A stretch of 64,000 nt of DNA from positions 288,001-352,000 of the forward strand of contig JBMNJG010000012.1 of the NCBI GenBank assembly GCA_050951545.1, written 5' to 3'. Positions 55,091 to 64,000 of the stretch are shown here, piece after piece; the first letter of the stretch is position 1, and the number at the start of each line of letters is the position of its first letter. The notes beneath the pieces were generated by a model. The model was not told the DNA's origin. It saw only the letters and a list, made by a program, of their open reading frames with translations, and made no database searches. The translations under genes were made by a program, and so were the position numbers. The DNA is from Limnochordia bacterium (lineage in GTDB: Bacteria > Bacillota > Limnochordia > DTU080).

Positions 55091-57373
55091 CTAGAGAAGA
55101 ATCGACACTTCGTCACGATCCATCTTTTCAATGGCAGAACTAACCTTTGCAGCCAGAGAGGTGTCTTCGCGGGCAGCATTGCGCACCTGGCGGAGGATAT
55201 CGATGGCCCGCCGGAAGGCGTAGACGATATCGCCTTCGTCAACAGGCAAGCCTTGCATGATCTCCGCGAAGCGCTCTCCGCGACTCCATCGGTTCGCTAC
55301 GTCCGCTAGGTGTGCGTGAAGGTGCATGTCAGAGAAACCCAGGTAGGCTTCTTCCATGCTCTGGATCAGGGCGATGGTGCGGCGCACAACTCCCTCATCG
55401 AACGAGCGTTGACGGGCGCGGCCTTCCCCCTTGCGAGGCTCATAGTCGAGTGACACGCACAAAGCATTGAGCTCATCCTCATTCCAGTCGTGGAATAGAC
55501 CGCGGAAGAAAAGCTCTGTGATCAGAAGCTCATGTCCGTTAATCTGTGCTGCAAACTGACCCCGTGCTGTCAGCTTGCCTTCCCGCAAGTAGTCCAGCGC
55601 CTCCAAGAGCGCACGCTTCTCACGGAACTCCTCCACGTAGGTATCTGCAGGTGAAACCTGCTTCAGCCGTCGTCTGAGCGCACTCAGTCTCGAAACTATC
55701 CTACGATACTCCTTGAGGGAAGCTCGACAAGCCGAGATCACCTGTGGCGAGCACTTCTTCGCGTCGATGCCCTGCAATTCTTTCCCTAGTTGGCGCGCGG
55801 AGTGCCGAAGCGCCTTGACATTGTTGCGCCCTTGAGCCTGACGTTGCTGTATGCGACGCTCGAGATCACCCAATCTGCGTCGTGTGCGCTGATACTGCAG
55901 TGGACAACTGCGAGAGTCCATGAGCTCGCAGCCCATCAGTGCCTGACGCTGTTTCTCGAGTGTGCCTATCTCACTCTGAAGGCGCTGACGCTCTTCAGAG
56001 GCCTGAAAAGAAGCGTAGTTTTTCTGGAGAACTTCCTCAATCTCTTCCTCAGAGTAGCTGCGTACCAGATTGAGCACCGTGTTGTAGCTAAGGGAAAACC
56101 TGCTGCGTAGGGGCTCTACGTCGCGTTCCTGCATAGAGGGGAATTCATTGGGGTTAAAGTAGTTCATGTCGACCAGGGCAAACACATACCCCTTGTCGTC
56201 AATGCCACGCCTACCCGCGCGGCCCGCAATCTGGAAGTACTCACGATTGGTTAGCGATCGAAACGTCGTGCCATCCCACTTGGTCATAGCATCAAAGCAC
56301 ACAGTCTTGCATGGGAAGTTGAGGCCCACAGCAAAGGTCTCTGTGCAGTACAGCACATACGTCAGCTTCTGCTCAAATAGCTCTTCTACGATATCTTTCG
56401 CTACGGGCAGCAAGCCAGCGTGATGAAAGCCAATGCCCCGCATAAGTAGCGCCTCGAGTTCACCTAGGCGGCGGACACCAGCGCCAGCATGCCGAACCAC
56501 CTGCTCCTCGATGACAGCCTTGACCTGCCGCTTCTGCCTCGCGTCAAGAAAGTCGAAATGCTCAGCCAGTTGCTTGGCGTGCGACTCACAGCGCCTGCGG
56601 CTAAAGGCGAAGAAAAGACAGGGTAAGTGCTCCTGTGTGAGCTCTGCCATCAGGTGCAAGTGAGTAGTGGGCGGGAAATCTCCCGCCAGCTTGCCAGAAT
56701 CGGTTACCCCGAGTTTGCGTGCATAGCGGCGAAAGCGATGAGTCAGTTGCTGGAGGGTAGTGAGACCCTGACCCGATTCGAAGAGCTGATGCTCCAAGGG
56801 AACCGCGCGCTCATAGTGGCGTATCACTTTTACGGTCTTGCCTTGCACGCTACTGATCCAGCGAGCCAACTCGTCAACGTTGGGAATGGTTGCCGACAGA
56901 CCAAGAAACTGCATATGGGGGGGCATGAAAATAAGGCTCTCTTCCCAGACACTTCCCCGAGTGGGATCATCGATGTAATGTATCTCATCGAAGATTGCGT
57001 GGGTCGCCTTCTGTAGACGATCAGGGTCCTGGTGCAACAGATTCCGGAAGATCTCGGTGGTCATGATAAGGACAGGCGCCTCAGGGTTGATCACCACATC
57101 GCCTGTTAGGATGCCCACGTGGTCTTCACCCAGGAGCTGTTTGAACTCCTTGAACTTCTGATTACTTAAGGCCTTGATAGGGGCGGTGTAGATGACCGAG
57201 TTTCCTGCTCGGAAGGCTCGCTCAATGAGGTAATCCGCGATCAGGGTCTTTCCTGTACCGGTCGGCGCTGACACGAGTACTGATGCGTTTTCCTCAATAC
57301 CCTGAATCGCCTTGATCTGGAACGGATCGAGTACGTACCCGCGATAGGTCGAGATAGTCATGGTATAGGACAA
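55091..57373 (-). CDS. Ski2/HelY-like DExH helicase with DSHCT-type C-terminus
   Basis: APTGTGKT, PIKALSNQK, MTTEIFRN, DEIH, LSAT, HHAG, QIAGRAGRRG, DEGDIV. Confidence 0.92.
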   Translation of the reverse strand: MSYTMTISTYRGYVLDPFQIKAIQGIEENASVLVSAPTGTGKTLIADYLIERAFRAGNSVIYTAPIKALSNQKFKEFKQLLGEDHVGILTGDVVINPEAPVLIMTTEIFRNLLHQDPDRLQKATHAIFDEIHYIDDPTRGSVWEESLIFMPPHMQFLGLSATIPNVDELARWISSVQGKTVKVIRHYERAVPLEHQLFESGQGLTTLQQLTHRFRRYARKLGVTDSGKLAGDFPPTTHLHLMAELTQEHLPCLFFAFSRRRCESHAKQLAEHFDFLDARQKRQVKAVIEEQVVRHAGAGVRRLGELEALLMRGIGFHHAGLLPVAKDIVEELFEQKLTYVLYCTETFAVGLNFPCKTVCFDAMTKWDGTTFRSLTNREYFQIAGRAGRRGIDDKGYVFALVDMNYFNPNEFPSMQERDVEPLRSRFSLSYNTVLNLVRSYSEEEIEEVLQKNYASFQASEERQRLQSEIGTLEKQRQALMGCELMDSRSCPLQYQRTRRRLGDLERRIQQRQAQGRNNVKALRHSARQLGKELQGIDAKKCSPQVISACRASLKEYRRIVSRLSALRRRLKQVSPADTYVEEFREKRALLEALDYLREGKLTARGQFAAQINGHELLITELFFRGLFHDWNEDELNALCVSLDYEPRKGEGRARQRSFDEGVVRRTIALIQSMEEAYLGFSDMHLHAHLADVANRWSRGERFAEIMQGLPVDEGDIVYAFRRAIDILRQVRNAAREDTSLAAKVSSAIEKMDRDEVSILL

Positions 57374-57382
57374 TGTCTGCAG

Positions 57383-57443
57383 CTCCCTTGAAAATCGTGT
57401 TGCGCTGTGCGGGCATGTCGGCGGCTTCCGACACGCGTACTCC
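57383..57443. repeat. Dispersed palindromic repeat family A (other copies at 31168-31213, 35272-35313, 54111-54130, 60886-60929, 61061-61114)
   Basis: Shared GAAAAT..TGT...GCTGTGCGGGCATRTCGGCGGC and CCGACACGCGTACT blocks. Confidence 0.75.
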
Positions 57444-57522
57444 TCCGCAGAACTCTCCTACCATAGTGATTAAGGATGCCATTACCGTCAGTCTAACACG
57501 TTAGTCCGGTTGGGATCCACTC

Positions 57523-57551
57523 TTGCGGCACTTTGCTTTCTCACGTATAAT
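57523..57551 (+). promoter_or_regulatory. Sigma-A promoter of queG
   Basis: TTGCGG-17 nt-TATAAT, followed by RBS AGGAG. Confidence 0.6.
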
Positions 57552-57579
57552 CCGCCTTGATGAATAGGAGATCTGCCAG

Positions 57580-58701
57580 TTGCCACTTAGAGACGACCTT
57601 GAGCAGTATGCACACAGCATCGGCATCGATAGTTTGCGGGTAGCAGGCTCATATCCCTTTGCTAAGGAGGAGGCCCTTTTGGTACAAATGGCGGCCTCCG
57701 GGGAGTACCCGCGTCTTGCCCCGCAAGACATTCCCATGCGCTGTCACCCCAGGCAGATACTGCCAAACGCTCATTCCATTATCAGTGTAGCCGTTTCCTA
57801 CCTTCTCCCCGACCAACCAACCCATGAGGTCGAAGGCCCACATGGCTCGATCGCCCGCTTTGCTCGCGTAGGCGACTACCACACTATCTTGGCAGGAAAA
57901 TTGACTCAACTCGCTGCTCACTTGCAGGAAAAAGCAGGTAGGCCCATCCGATATCGCGTGTGCGTGGATAGTGGCCCCCTTGTAGAGCGCGCCGTCGCTC
58001 GGAGGGCGGGAGCGGGCTGGTTCGGCAAGAACAGCATGCTTTTCGTGCCCCGACTCGGATCTTGGGTGGTACTGGGGGAGATCATCACTGATCTGGCTCT
58101 TCCAGCCGACGAACCTGTTTCTCAGGAGCCCTGTGGAGATTGTCAGCGGTGCCAGCTGGCTTGCCCCACAGGAGCTCTCGCACGTCCGTACCGGGTAGAC
58201 GCTAGCCGTTGCCTTTCTGCCATCACCCAAACGCCCGGATACATCCCATGGCAGTTTCGCAAACTCCTGGGACGTCGTGTCTGGGGCTGCGACACCTGCC
58301 AAGCCGTGTGTCCTTGGAACATCCGAGCTGTTCCGGGCCGTCTCTCGTGGCCGCCCGGGGCCGAGGCAGAAGTGGATCTGATTCGCTTGCTGACCCTGTC
58401 AAAGGCGCAATTTGGTCGTCTTTTCGGAAATACCGCTATCGCTTGGCGAGGAAGAACGACGCTGCAGCGCAACGCAGCCCTCGCGTTGGGCAATCTACGC
58501 GATCCGTACGGCGTGGACGCGTTGGCGAGCCAACTGGATCACCCCAGTCCCGTTGTGCGCGAGACGTGCGCGTGGGCACTCGGCGAGATCAATGACTCAC
58601 GGGCCCGCCGTGCACTAGAGCGTGCTCGCCAGTGTGAGCGCGCCCCAGAAGTCCTGGAGACCATTCTCCGGGTCATGGGCAGGGGCTCTACTGCGGAATG
58701 A
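57580..58701 (+). CDS. queG: Epoxyqueuosine reductase
   Basis: DYH, VDSGP, GWFGKN, CGDCQRCQLACP, GCDTCQAVCPWN, C-terminal HEAT repeats. Confidence 0.92.
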   Translation: MPLRDDLEQYAHSIGIDSLRVAGSYPFAKEEALLVQMAASGEYPRLAPQDIPMRCHPRQILPNAHSIISVAVSYLLPDQPTHEVEGPHGSIARFARVGDYHTILAGKLTQLAAHLQEKAGRPIRYRVCVDSGPLVERAVARRAGAGWFGKNSMLFVPRLGSWVVLGEIITDLALPADEPVSQEPCGDCQRCQLACPTGALARPYRVDASRCLSAITQTPGYIPWQFRKLLGRRVWGCDTCQAVCPWNIRAVPGRLSWPPGAEAEVDLIRLLTLSKAQFGRLFGNTAIAWRGRTTLQRNAALALGNLRDPYGVDALASQLDHPSPVVRETCAWALGEINDSRARRALERARQCERAPEVLETILRVMGRGSTAE

Positions 58702-59401
58702 CAGCAAGCTTTGCTGGAATGTCCTTGAGAGAGATGATAGGTACGTAGCGAGGATGCTGCAGGTCCAACGGTGCTTCATCGTACTCCCATGTGGCATGCT
58801 GAACATGCAGCGCCCAAGCTCCTACGGCTAGAGCTGGCACGATATCCGCCCGTGGGCTGTTGCCAATCACGCAGACACGCGCGGGATCTCTGGTACCAAT
58901 GGCCCTGCGTAGGGAGTCAGCATCTTTCTCAGGTACCACACACACTCTGTCGATGAGCGCTCTGTAGCCCGAGCGCTCCACCTTAGCTTCTTGCACGCGA
59001 CTGTCTCCTGCGGTCCAGATAGTCACTTCCCATCCGCCCCTGCGCAAAGCGATCAGCAGGTCCCGGGCTCCGGGGTAGTCTGGCTGCGGTAGGTGCACTA
59101 CCTGTGCTGCCCGCCGGTATAGAGCACAGGCCACCTGCGGACATGCCTGCTTCCCGTACTCTCGAGCCACGTCGTGGAAAGTCTCTACCCATGCCTCTGG
59201 ATAGTTGTGAGGGTTTAGCCCGATGGCCCGGGCCTTAGCCAAATCGATCGCGTGTGCTCGCTTCCGCAGGCTCTCGATACACAGGTTTGCTGGTGGCAAG
59301 AACTCTAGGATCTGACGCGCGTTTTCTCGACTTGCTGCGTCGTAGAGGGCATTCGTAACCTTCAGGGTATCATCCCAATCCACGAAGGCAGAGCGTCGCA
59401 T
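58688..59401 (-). CDS. HAD-family hydrolase
   Basis: DWDDTL, WTAGD...QEAK, IGNSPRADI. Confidence 0.85.
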   Translation of the reverse strand: MRRSAFVDWDDTLKVTNALYDAASRENARQILEFLPPANLCIESLRKRAHAIDLAKARAIGLNPHNYPEAWVETFHDVAREYGKQACPQVACALYRRAAQVVHLPQPDYPGARDLLIALRRGGWEVTIWTAGDSRVQEAKVERSGYRALIDRVCVVPEKDADSLRRAIGTRDPARVCVIGNSPRADIVPALAVGAWALHVQHATWEYDEAPLDLQHPRYVPIISLKDIPAKLAVIPQ

Positions 59402-59433
59402 GAAGAACCTCCTGTGCCGAACCTCAGACAGAC

Positions 59434-60378
59434 TCAGTCAACCACGAAAACTATGGCAAAGCGTCCAAGGAAATCGTACTGGTCGGTGGCCCTACGGATA
59501 CGCCTGCCATCCTCCTCACCCACAATAACCGCGGTCGGAGGACTCCCGGTCGCCTGTTGGGCATCCAACACAAGTGGCAGGCGCAGGGGGTATTCTGGAT
59601 TCACTGCGACGCGAGGATGGGCTGTGGCCTCCTCAAGCGATCGCACGTAGGCGACAATGCCTTTTCGAATCAGCTGGTCATAGGAGGCGCTCTCGCCAGC
59701 AAAGACGAGACGACCAAAGGCATCGTAGATTTTGGGGCTCATGCCGCGTTCGAGGCCAGTGCCTCGGGCGTCGATGACTAGGCCAGTGTAAAGAGGCTGC
59801 TGCTCTGTCTTTAGGCGTGCTTCCCATTCGCCAGCCAAACGCTCCATGACCGTATCGCTTGCGTAGAGGGCCACATCATCCCAGAAGACCATGGCCTCCG
59901 CAGTGCAACTGAGCACCACCTGAGCCCAGCCTTCGCTCGCGGTAAAGGCGAGCTCGATACGTTCCCACCCATCCCCGGACAAGCCTCGATAGATGCGAGG
60001 ATAGCCGTTCTGCATGCGCACGCCCAAAGATGCCTGAGCTGGGGTGTCTCCTTGCAGGCGTACCCAGGCGGAAAGCACGTATTCATTTCCGGTGGTAAGC
60101 GGTAGAAGAGGTTGCACCCATTCGGAGGCGTAGTCGGTCGGTGGCATCAGGCGAGCCGCATAGGCTGTCTCGTCAGCATTATCAGACGAAGGCCGCCCTA
60201 CTCCCTTTTCGATGCTGGCTCCAGCCCCACGAGAGATCCAGACTGCGGCCTCAGGCTGGTGTCCGCTCAGCCCAAACCCCCCATCTACCAGAAGGTTCTG
60301 GCTACTGACTCCAAGTGAGAAGAAAAGCACCAAACAAAGTATCCCAATGTACCGGAGTGACCGACAAGACACAAACAC
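59434..60378 (-). CDS. Exported protein: CBM_4_9-like domain plus LPP20-associated-type C-terminal domain
   Basis: Signal peptide; NLLVDGGF, Y.LSAWVR, W.RIELAF, WDDV; then YTGLVIDARG...MSPKIYD. Start approximate. Confidence 0.65.
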   Translation of the reverse strand: MFVSCRSLRYIGILCLVLFFSLGVSSQNLLVDGGFGLSGHQPEAAVWISRGAGASIEKGVGRPSSDNADETAYAARLMPPTDYASEWVQPLLPLTTGNEYVLSAWVRLQGDTPAQASLGVRMQNGYPRIYRGLSGDGWERIELAFTASEGWAQVVLSCTAEAMVFWDDVALYASDTVMERLAGEWEARLKTEQQPLYTGLVIDARGTGLERGMSPKIYDAFGRLVFAGESASYDQLIRKGIVAYVRSLEEATAHPRVAVNPEYPLRLPLVLDAQQATGSPPTAVIVGEEDGRRIRRATDQYDFLGRFAIVFVVD

Positions 60379-60474
60379 GGACTCCGACACCCCCCCGCAC
60401 GTCATTCTTACGGGATCTTCGACACACTGCCCGCCGGGCCCTTTCTCCCATGCAGAGGCAGGGCTTATTGTGAA

Positions 60475-60502
60475 GGGAATCCGGCGTTTCCGCCGGATCC
60501 CC
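60475..60502. terminator. Hairpin after trxA
   Basis: GGGAATCCGGCG-tttc-CGCCGGATCCCC. Confidence 0.5.
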
Positions 60503-60528
60503 GAGAGAAGGCACTCCACCTCGAATTC

Positions 60529-60846
60529 CTACTTGACGGTATCCTTGATCCACTCCACTAATTGAGCCTGCGGACGAACACCAACTGTGCGCCCTACCTC
60601 TTTGCCGTTCTTGAAAGCTATCAGTGTGGGGATGCTCATTACTCCGTACTTGCTGGCAGAAGCAGGGCTCTCGTCCGTGTTGAGCTTGACGACTGAAACA
60701 GTATCGCCGAGCTCAGCAGCCACTGCCTCCAGGATCGGAGCCAACTGACGGCACGGACCGCACCATGGCGCCCAGAAGTCGACGATGACTGGTTTTGTGG
60801 AGTCCAGTACAGTAGCCTTGAAAGTTGCATCTGTCGCTGTCTGCAT
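60529..60846 (-). CDS. trxA: Thioredoxin
   Basis: WAPWCGPC, MSIPTL. Confidence 0.97.
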   Translation of the reverse strand: MQTATDATFKATVLDSTKPVIVDFWAPWCGPCRQLAPILEAVAAELGDTVSVVKLNTDESPASASKYGVMSIPTLIAFKNGKEVGRTVGVRPQAQLVEWIKDTVK

Positions 60847-61144
60847 TGGCTAGGGCCTAAGGGAATCGTTCCCTCGAGCCGACACCTCCCGAGAAAATGA
60901 TGTGATGCTGTGCGGGCATATCGGCGGCCTTGGATTTCCGCCAGCGATGGTGTCGGCAGCTGCTCTCAGTGTTCGCTGTTCTGTGACGGAGCAGCTTCTT
61001 ACCGACAACATGCATTACGGCGTACACCTACCGCAGCCGTCTCTACTCCCGCGCGTCGTTGGCCGCCGACACGCGTACTCCCTTGAAAGTGTTGTTTCGC
61101 TGAGCGGCGGCTCCCCTCATATCAGGAAAAGCCAGATCTTCGTT

Positions 61145-61174
61145 ATTCTAGCTTTTCCATATGCTAGCCGTCAA
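61145..61174 (-). promoter_or_regulatory. Putative sigma-A promoter about 300 nt upstream of trxA
   Basis: TTGACG-18 nt-TAGAAT. Confidence 0.55.
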
Positions 61175-61186
61175 CTCACATGCCGC

Positions 61187-61221
61187 AAAAAAGCGTCTCC
61201 CGGCCAAGCCAGGAGACGCTT
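61187..61221 (-). terminator. Rho-independent terminator of metNIQ
   Basis: AAGCGTCTCCTGGC-ttg-GCCGGGAGACGCTT-TTTT. Confidence 0.85.
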
Positions 61222-61251
61222 CGTGTGCTATGCCGTTCTGCCTGGAAGATC

Positions 61252-62067
61252 CTAGAAGGCTGGCACCACGGCGCCCTTGTACTTGCTGCGGATGAACTCC
61301 CTGACCGCAGAGGACTGCAGGGCTTTCGCTAGCTTGGCGATATCCGCGTTGTTCTTGTCGGCATTTCTTACAGCCAGTACATTGGCGTAGGGCGAATCGG
61401 CACCCTCAATCAGAATGGCGTCCTTTAGGGGATCGAGCTTGGCCTCTAAGGCGAAGTTGGTGTTGATTACCGCCGCGTCCAGATCTGGCAGTGAACGGGG
61501 TAGCTGAGCAGCTTCCAGCTCCCTGAATTTGAGGTTCTTGGGATTCCCGACGATGTCAAACACCGTGGCACTCAGGCCTGAACCTGCTTTCAGCTTGATC
61601 AGTCCGGCCTTCTGAATGAGCAGCAGGGCTCGTCCCCCGTTGGTGGGGTCATTAGGGATACCGATAAGTGCGCCGTTCTTGAGACTTTTAAGGTCCTTTA
61701 CCTTGCGAGAGTAGACGCCCATCGGTTCCACATGCACCTTGGCTACCCAGGTGAGGTTCAACCGGCGTTCTGTGGAGAAGGTCTCTAGATATGGAACGTG
61801 TTGAAAGAAGTTGGCGTTTAGTTCCCGATCTGCCAGAGCAAGGTTCGGGCGCACGTAGTCGGTAAACTCGATGATCTGCAGGTTGATCCCATCTTTAGCC
61901 AGAATCGGCTTAACTACGTTCAGAATCTCCGCATGCGGTACGGGGCTGGCCCCCACTTTGAGCACTTTTGCGGCAGCTCCCGCAAACACACTACCACCGA
62001 CAACGACCAGACACAATACAGAGAAAACGAGACTGCGACGACGGATACCTGCAAGACTCGACTGCAT
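61252..62067 (-). CDS. metQ: Methionine ABC transporter substrate-binding protein (MetQ/NlpA)
   Basis: PVPHAEIL, FTDYVRPN, ANFFQH, PNDPTNGGRAL, SPYAN. Confidence 0.93.
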   Translation of the reverse strand: MQSSLAGIRRRSLVFSVLCLVVVGGSVFAGAAAKVLKVGASPVPHAEILNVVKPILAKDGINLQIIEFTDYVRPNLALADRELNANFFQHVPYLETFSTERRLNLTWVAKVHVEPMGVYSRKVKDLKSLKNGALIGIPNDPTNGGRALLLIQKAGLIKLKAGSGLSATVFDIVGNPKNLKFRELEAAQLPRSLPDLDAAVINTNFALEAKLDPLKDAILIEGADSPYANVLAVRNADKNNADIAKLAKALQSSAVREFIRSKYKGAVVPAF

Positions 62068-62105
62068 GTTCTTATTCCCCTTTCCTGATGCTGCAGATGA
62101 TCATC

Positions 62106-62789
62106 TTATCTCACGCGGTGATCCAAGCGGCGGGCCAACCTGTTGCCCAGTGCTTGCATCACTTGTACCAAGAGCACGAGAACCAGGACCGTGGCCAACA
62201 TGATGTCACCGCGAAAGCGCTGGTAGCCATAACGAATGGCCAAGTCACCGAGCCCGCCTCCTCCTACTGCGCCTGCCATCGCCGAGTACCCGATTAGGTT
62301 GACCGCAGTTATGGTGGCTCCCAGTACCAGCGACGGTAAGGCTTCCGGCAAGAGCACCTTCCAGATGATTTGCCTTGGTGAAGCTCCCATGGCTTGAGCG
62401 GCTTCGATCACACCGCTGTCTACCTCCAGTAGCGATGATTCCACCAATCTGGCCACAAAAGGAATGGCCGCTGCCGTCAAAGGTACCATTGCCGCTGCCG
62501 TACCTATTGACGTGCCCACGATAAGACGCGTGAGCGGGATGATCGCTACGAGCAAGATAATGAAGGGAATCGAGCGCCCGACATTGACGATGATGCCCAG
62601 TATCTGATTGAGCCAGGAACATGGCCACAAATGGTTTGGTCCAGTGATCACGAGAGCAATCCCCAGAGGTATTCCGCCGAGCTCGGCCAGCACGAGGGAA
62701 AGGCCTACCATGTATAGGGTTTCCTGCAATCCCTGTGCAAGCAGGGATCGCGTCATTGGGTTGAATACACCCTGTAGAAGATCTGCCAC
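62106..62789 (-). CDS. metI: Methionine ABC transporter permease
   Basis: NVGRSIPFIILL, GYSAMAG.VGGGGLGDLA.RYGY.RF; start approximate. Confidence 0.94.
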   Translation of the reverse strand: MADLLQGVFNPMTRSLLAQGLQETLYMVGLSLVLAELGGIPLGIALVITGPNHLWPCSWLNQILGIIVNVGRSIPFIILLVAIIPLTRLIVGTSIGTAAAMVPLTAAAIPFVARLVESSLLEVDSGVIEAAQAMGASPRQIIWKVLLPEALPSLVLGATITAVNLIGYSAMAGAVGGGGLGDLAIRYGYQRFRGDIMLATVLVLVLLVQVMQALGNRLARRLDHRVR

Positions 62790-62803
62790 CTTGTCCACCC
62801 CCC

Positions 62804-63940
62804 TCACTTATCCAGCGCAGCGAATCGATCTGAGCGTATATGCTCGGAGTTGCCTAGGACCTCCACATCCACGCCAGCGCGACTGAGATGCAGCAAGGCT
62901 GCTTCCACGTCCGACGGCTCTCCTGCTAGTTCGACGATCAGGGTTCCCCACGGCTGCTCTTGCACGCGATCAATGCGGCCGTAGAGAATATTGGGCATTA
63001 CAGGAAGCTGCCGGGCTAGCTCAGCAATGATGGGTCTCTCAGCGACGTCACCAAGGAAGGTGAGCTTGACCAGCCTTCTACCCGGATGAGTCCCCCGATC
63101 TAGCAAAGCCGGAGGTATCTCAGCCTCCATCTGTCCCTTGAGCAGCCGACGAGCCATCTTGCTTTGAGGATGCGTGAAGACCCGTGGGGTGTCACCGACC
63201 TCGACCAAGTGCCCCTCATCGATGACCGCCACCTTATCGCAGATTTCCCGAATGACGCCGAGTTCGTGGGTGATCATCACAATGGTGAGACCCATACGTC
63301 GGTTGATGTCGCGTAACAGGTGCAACACCTGTAGCGTTGTCTCGGGATCAAGCGCTGAGGTAGCCTCATCTGAGAGCAGCACATCCGGTTCGTTCGCTAG
63401 TGCCCGAGCAATACCGACACGCTGTTTTTGACCACCAGAAAGCTGTGTTGGATAGGCGTCGGCTCGTTCGGCTAACCCCACAAGCTCTAGGAGTTCCCTC
63501 ACACGCACCTGAATCTGGGGCTTCGCAACCCCCGCAATCTCGAGTGGAAAGGCCACGTTGCCAGCTACGGTCCGGGACGCGAGAAGGTTGAAGTGCTGGA
63601 AGATCATTCCGATTCGCCGCCGCGCCACCATTAGTTCTGACCCGGACAGGCGCGTCATTTCCTGACCTGCTACCTCAACCACGCCGCAATCAGGCCGTTC
63701 CAGCATGTTGATACAGCGGATAAGCGTGCTTTTTCCCGCTCCTGAAAGACCCATGATGCCAAAGATGACTCCCCGGTCGATATCGAGGCTTATTCCGCTG
63801 AGGGCTTCGATGCGTCCAACACCCGAGCCGAAACTCTTGGCGACATCGCGCAAACGGATAATCGGTGAGTCCGTGGCACATGACGAACGTCCATCCGGAA
63901 AAAGAACAACCTCTCCGGATGGAAGAGGTTTATTTCTCAT
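62804..63940 (-). CDS. metN: Methionine ABC transporter ATP-binding protein with NIL domain
   Basis: GLSGAGKS, MIFQHFNLL, LSGGQKQRV, DEATSALDP. Confidence 0.94.
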   Translation of the reverse strand: MRNKPLPSGEVVLFPDGRSSCATDSPIIRLRDVAKSFGSGVGRIEALSGISLDIDRGVIFGIMGLSGAGKSTLIRCINMLERPDCGVVEVAGQEMTRLSGSELMVARRRIGMIFQHFNLLASRTVAGNVAFPLEIAGVAKPQIQVRVRELLELVGLAERADAYPTQLSGGQKQRVGIARALANEPDVLLSDEATSALDPETTLQVLHLLRDINRRMGLTIVMITHELGVIREICDKVAVIDEGHLVEVGDTPRVFTHPQSKMARRLLKGQMEAEIPPALLDRGTHPGRRLVKLTFLGDVAERPIIAELARQLPVMPNILYGRIDRVQEQPWGTLIVELAGEPSDVEAALLHLSRAGVDVEVLGNSEHIRSDRFAALDK

Positions 63941-63954
63941 AGTCCTACACCTCC

Positions 63955-64000
63955 TCTCATCTCCCTGGAGATAACAATGCTATCCCCAGCAGGAATTGGC
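63955..64000 (-). promoter_or_regulatory. SAM-I (S-box) riboswitch, 3' half (5' part outside the window)
   Basis: GCCAATTCC...P4 hairpin...AGATGAGA directly upstream of metN. Confidence 0.8.

Noticed and set aside
60850-61140. CRISPR array, RNase P RNA or SRP RNA
   Set aside because: The repeats are degenerate and irregularly spaced, there are no cas genes, and the signature motifs were not found.

Overview
A 64-kb core-genome window from a moderately high-GC Firmicute (Bacillota). Several envelope clues point to a diderm lineage, which is an inference. Almost every gene is on the minus strand; queG is the exception. The window holds murD, an AMIN amidase, an uncharacterised three-gene ABC system, smpB-ssrA, secG, the cggR-gap-pgk-tpi-gpmI-eno operon, rapZ-yvcK-whiA, lpdA and cdaA-cdaR-glmM-acpS-nnr-alr. 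It also holds a Leu T-box-controlled ilv/leu/cimA operon, an ADP-dependent sugar kinase, an ArgR-boxed argCJBD-carB operon, a helicase-lipA-...-murA-like gene run, trxA and a SAM-I-controlled metNIQ. I found no CRISPR array, transposase or prophage. The most notable observations are: (1) the smpB stop codon lies inside the tmRNA gene, so tmRNA maturation should make a non-stop smpB mRNA; (2) a full-length MurA paralog has lost most of its catalytic residues; (3) a 5-formyl-THF cyclo-ligase is fused to a NagD-like phosphatase; (4) an archaeal-type ADP-dependent kinase has PFK-like residues; (5) two families of dispersed palindromic intergenic repeats are present; (6) ilvC carries a one-base frameshift; (7) the SAM-I terminator apparently sits inside the metN reading frame. 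All calls come from manual motif recognition; no database searches were run.
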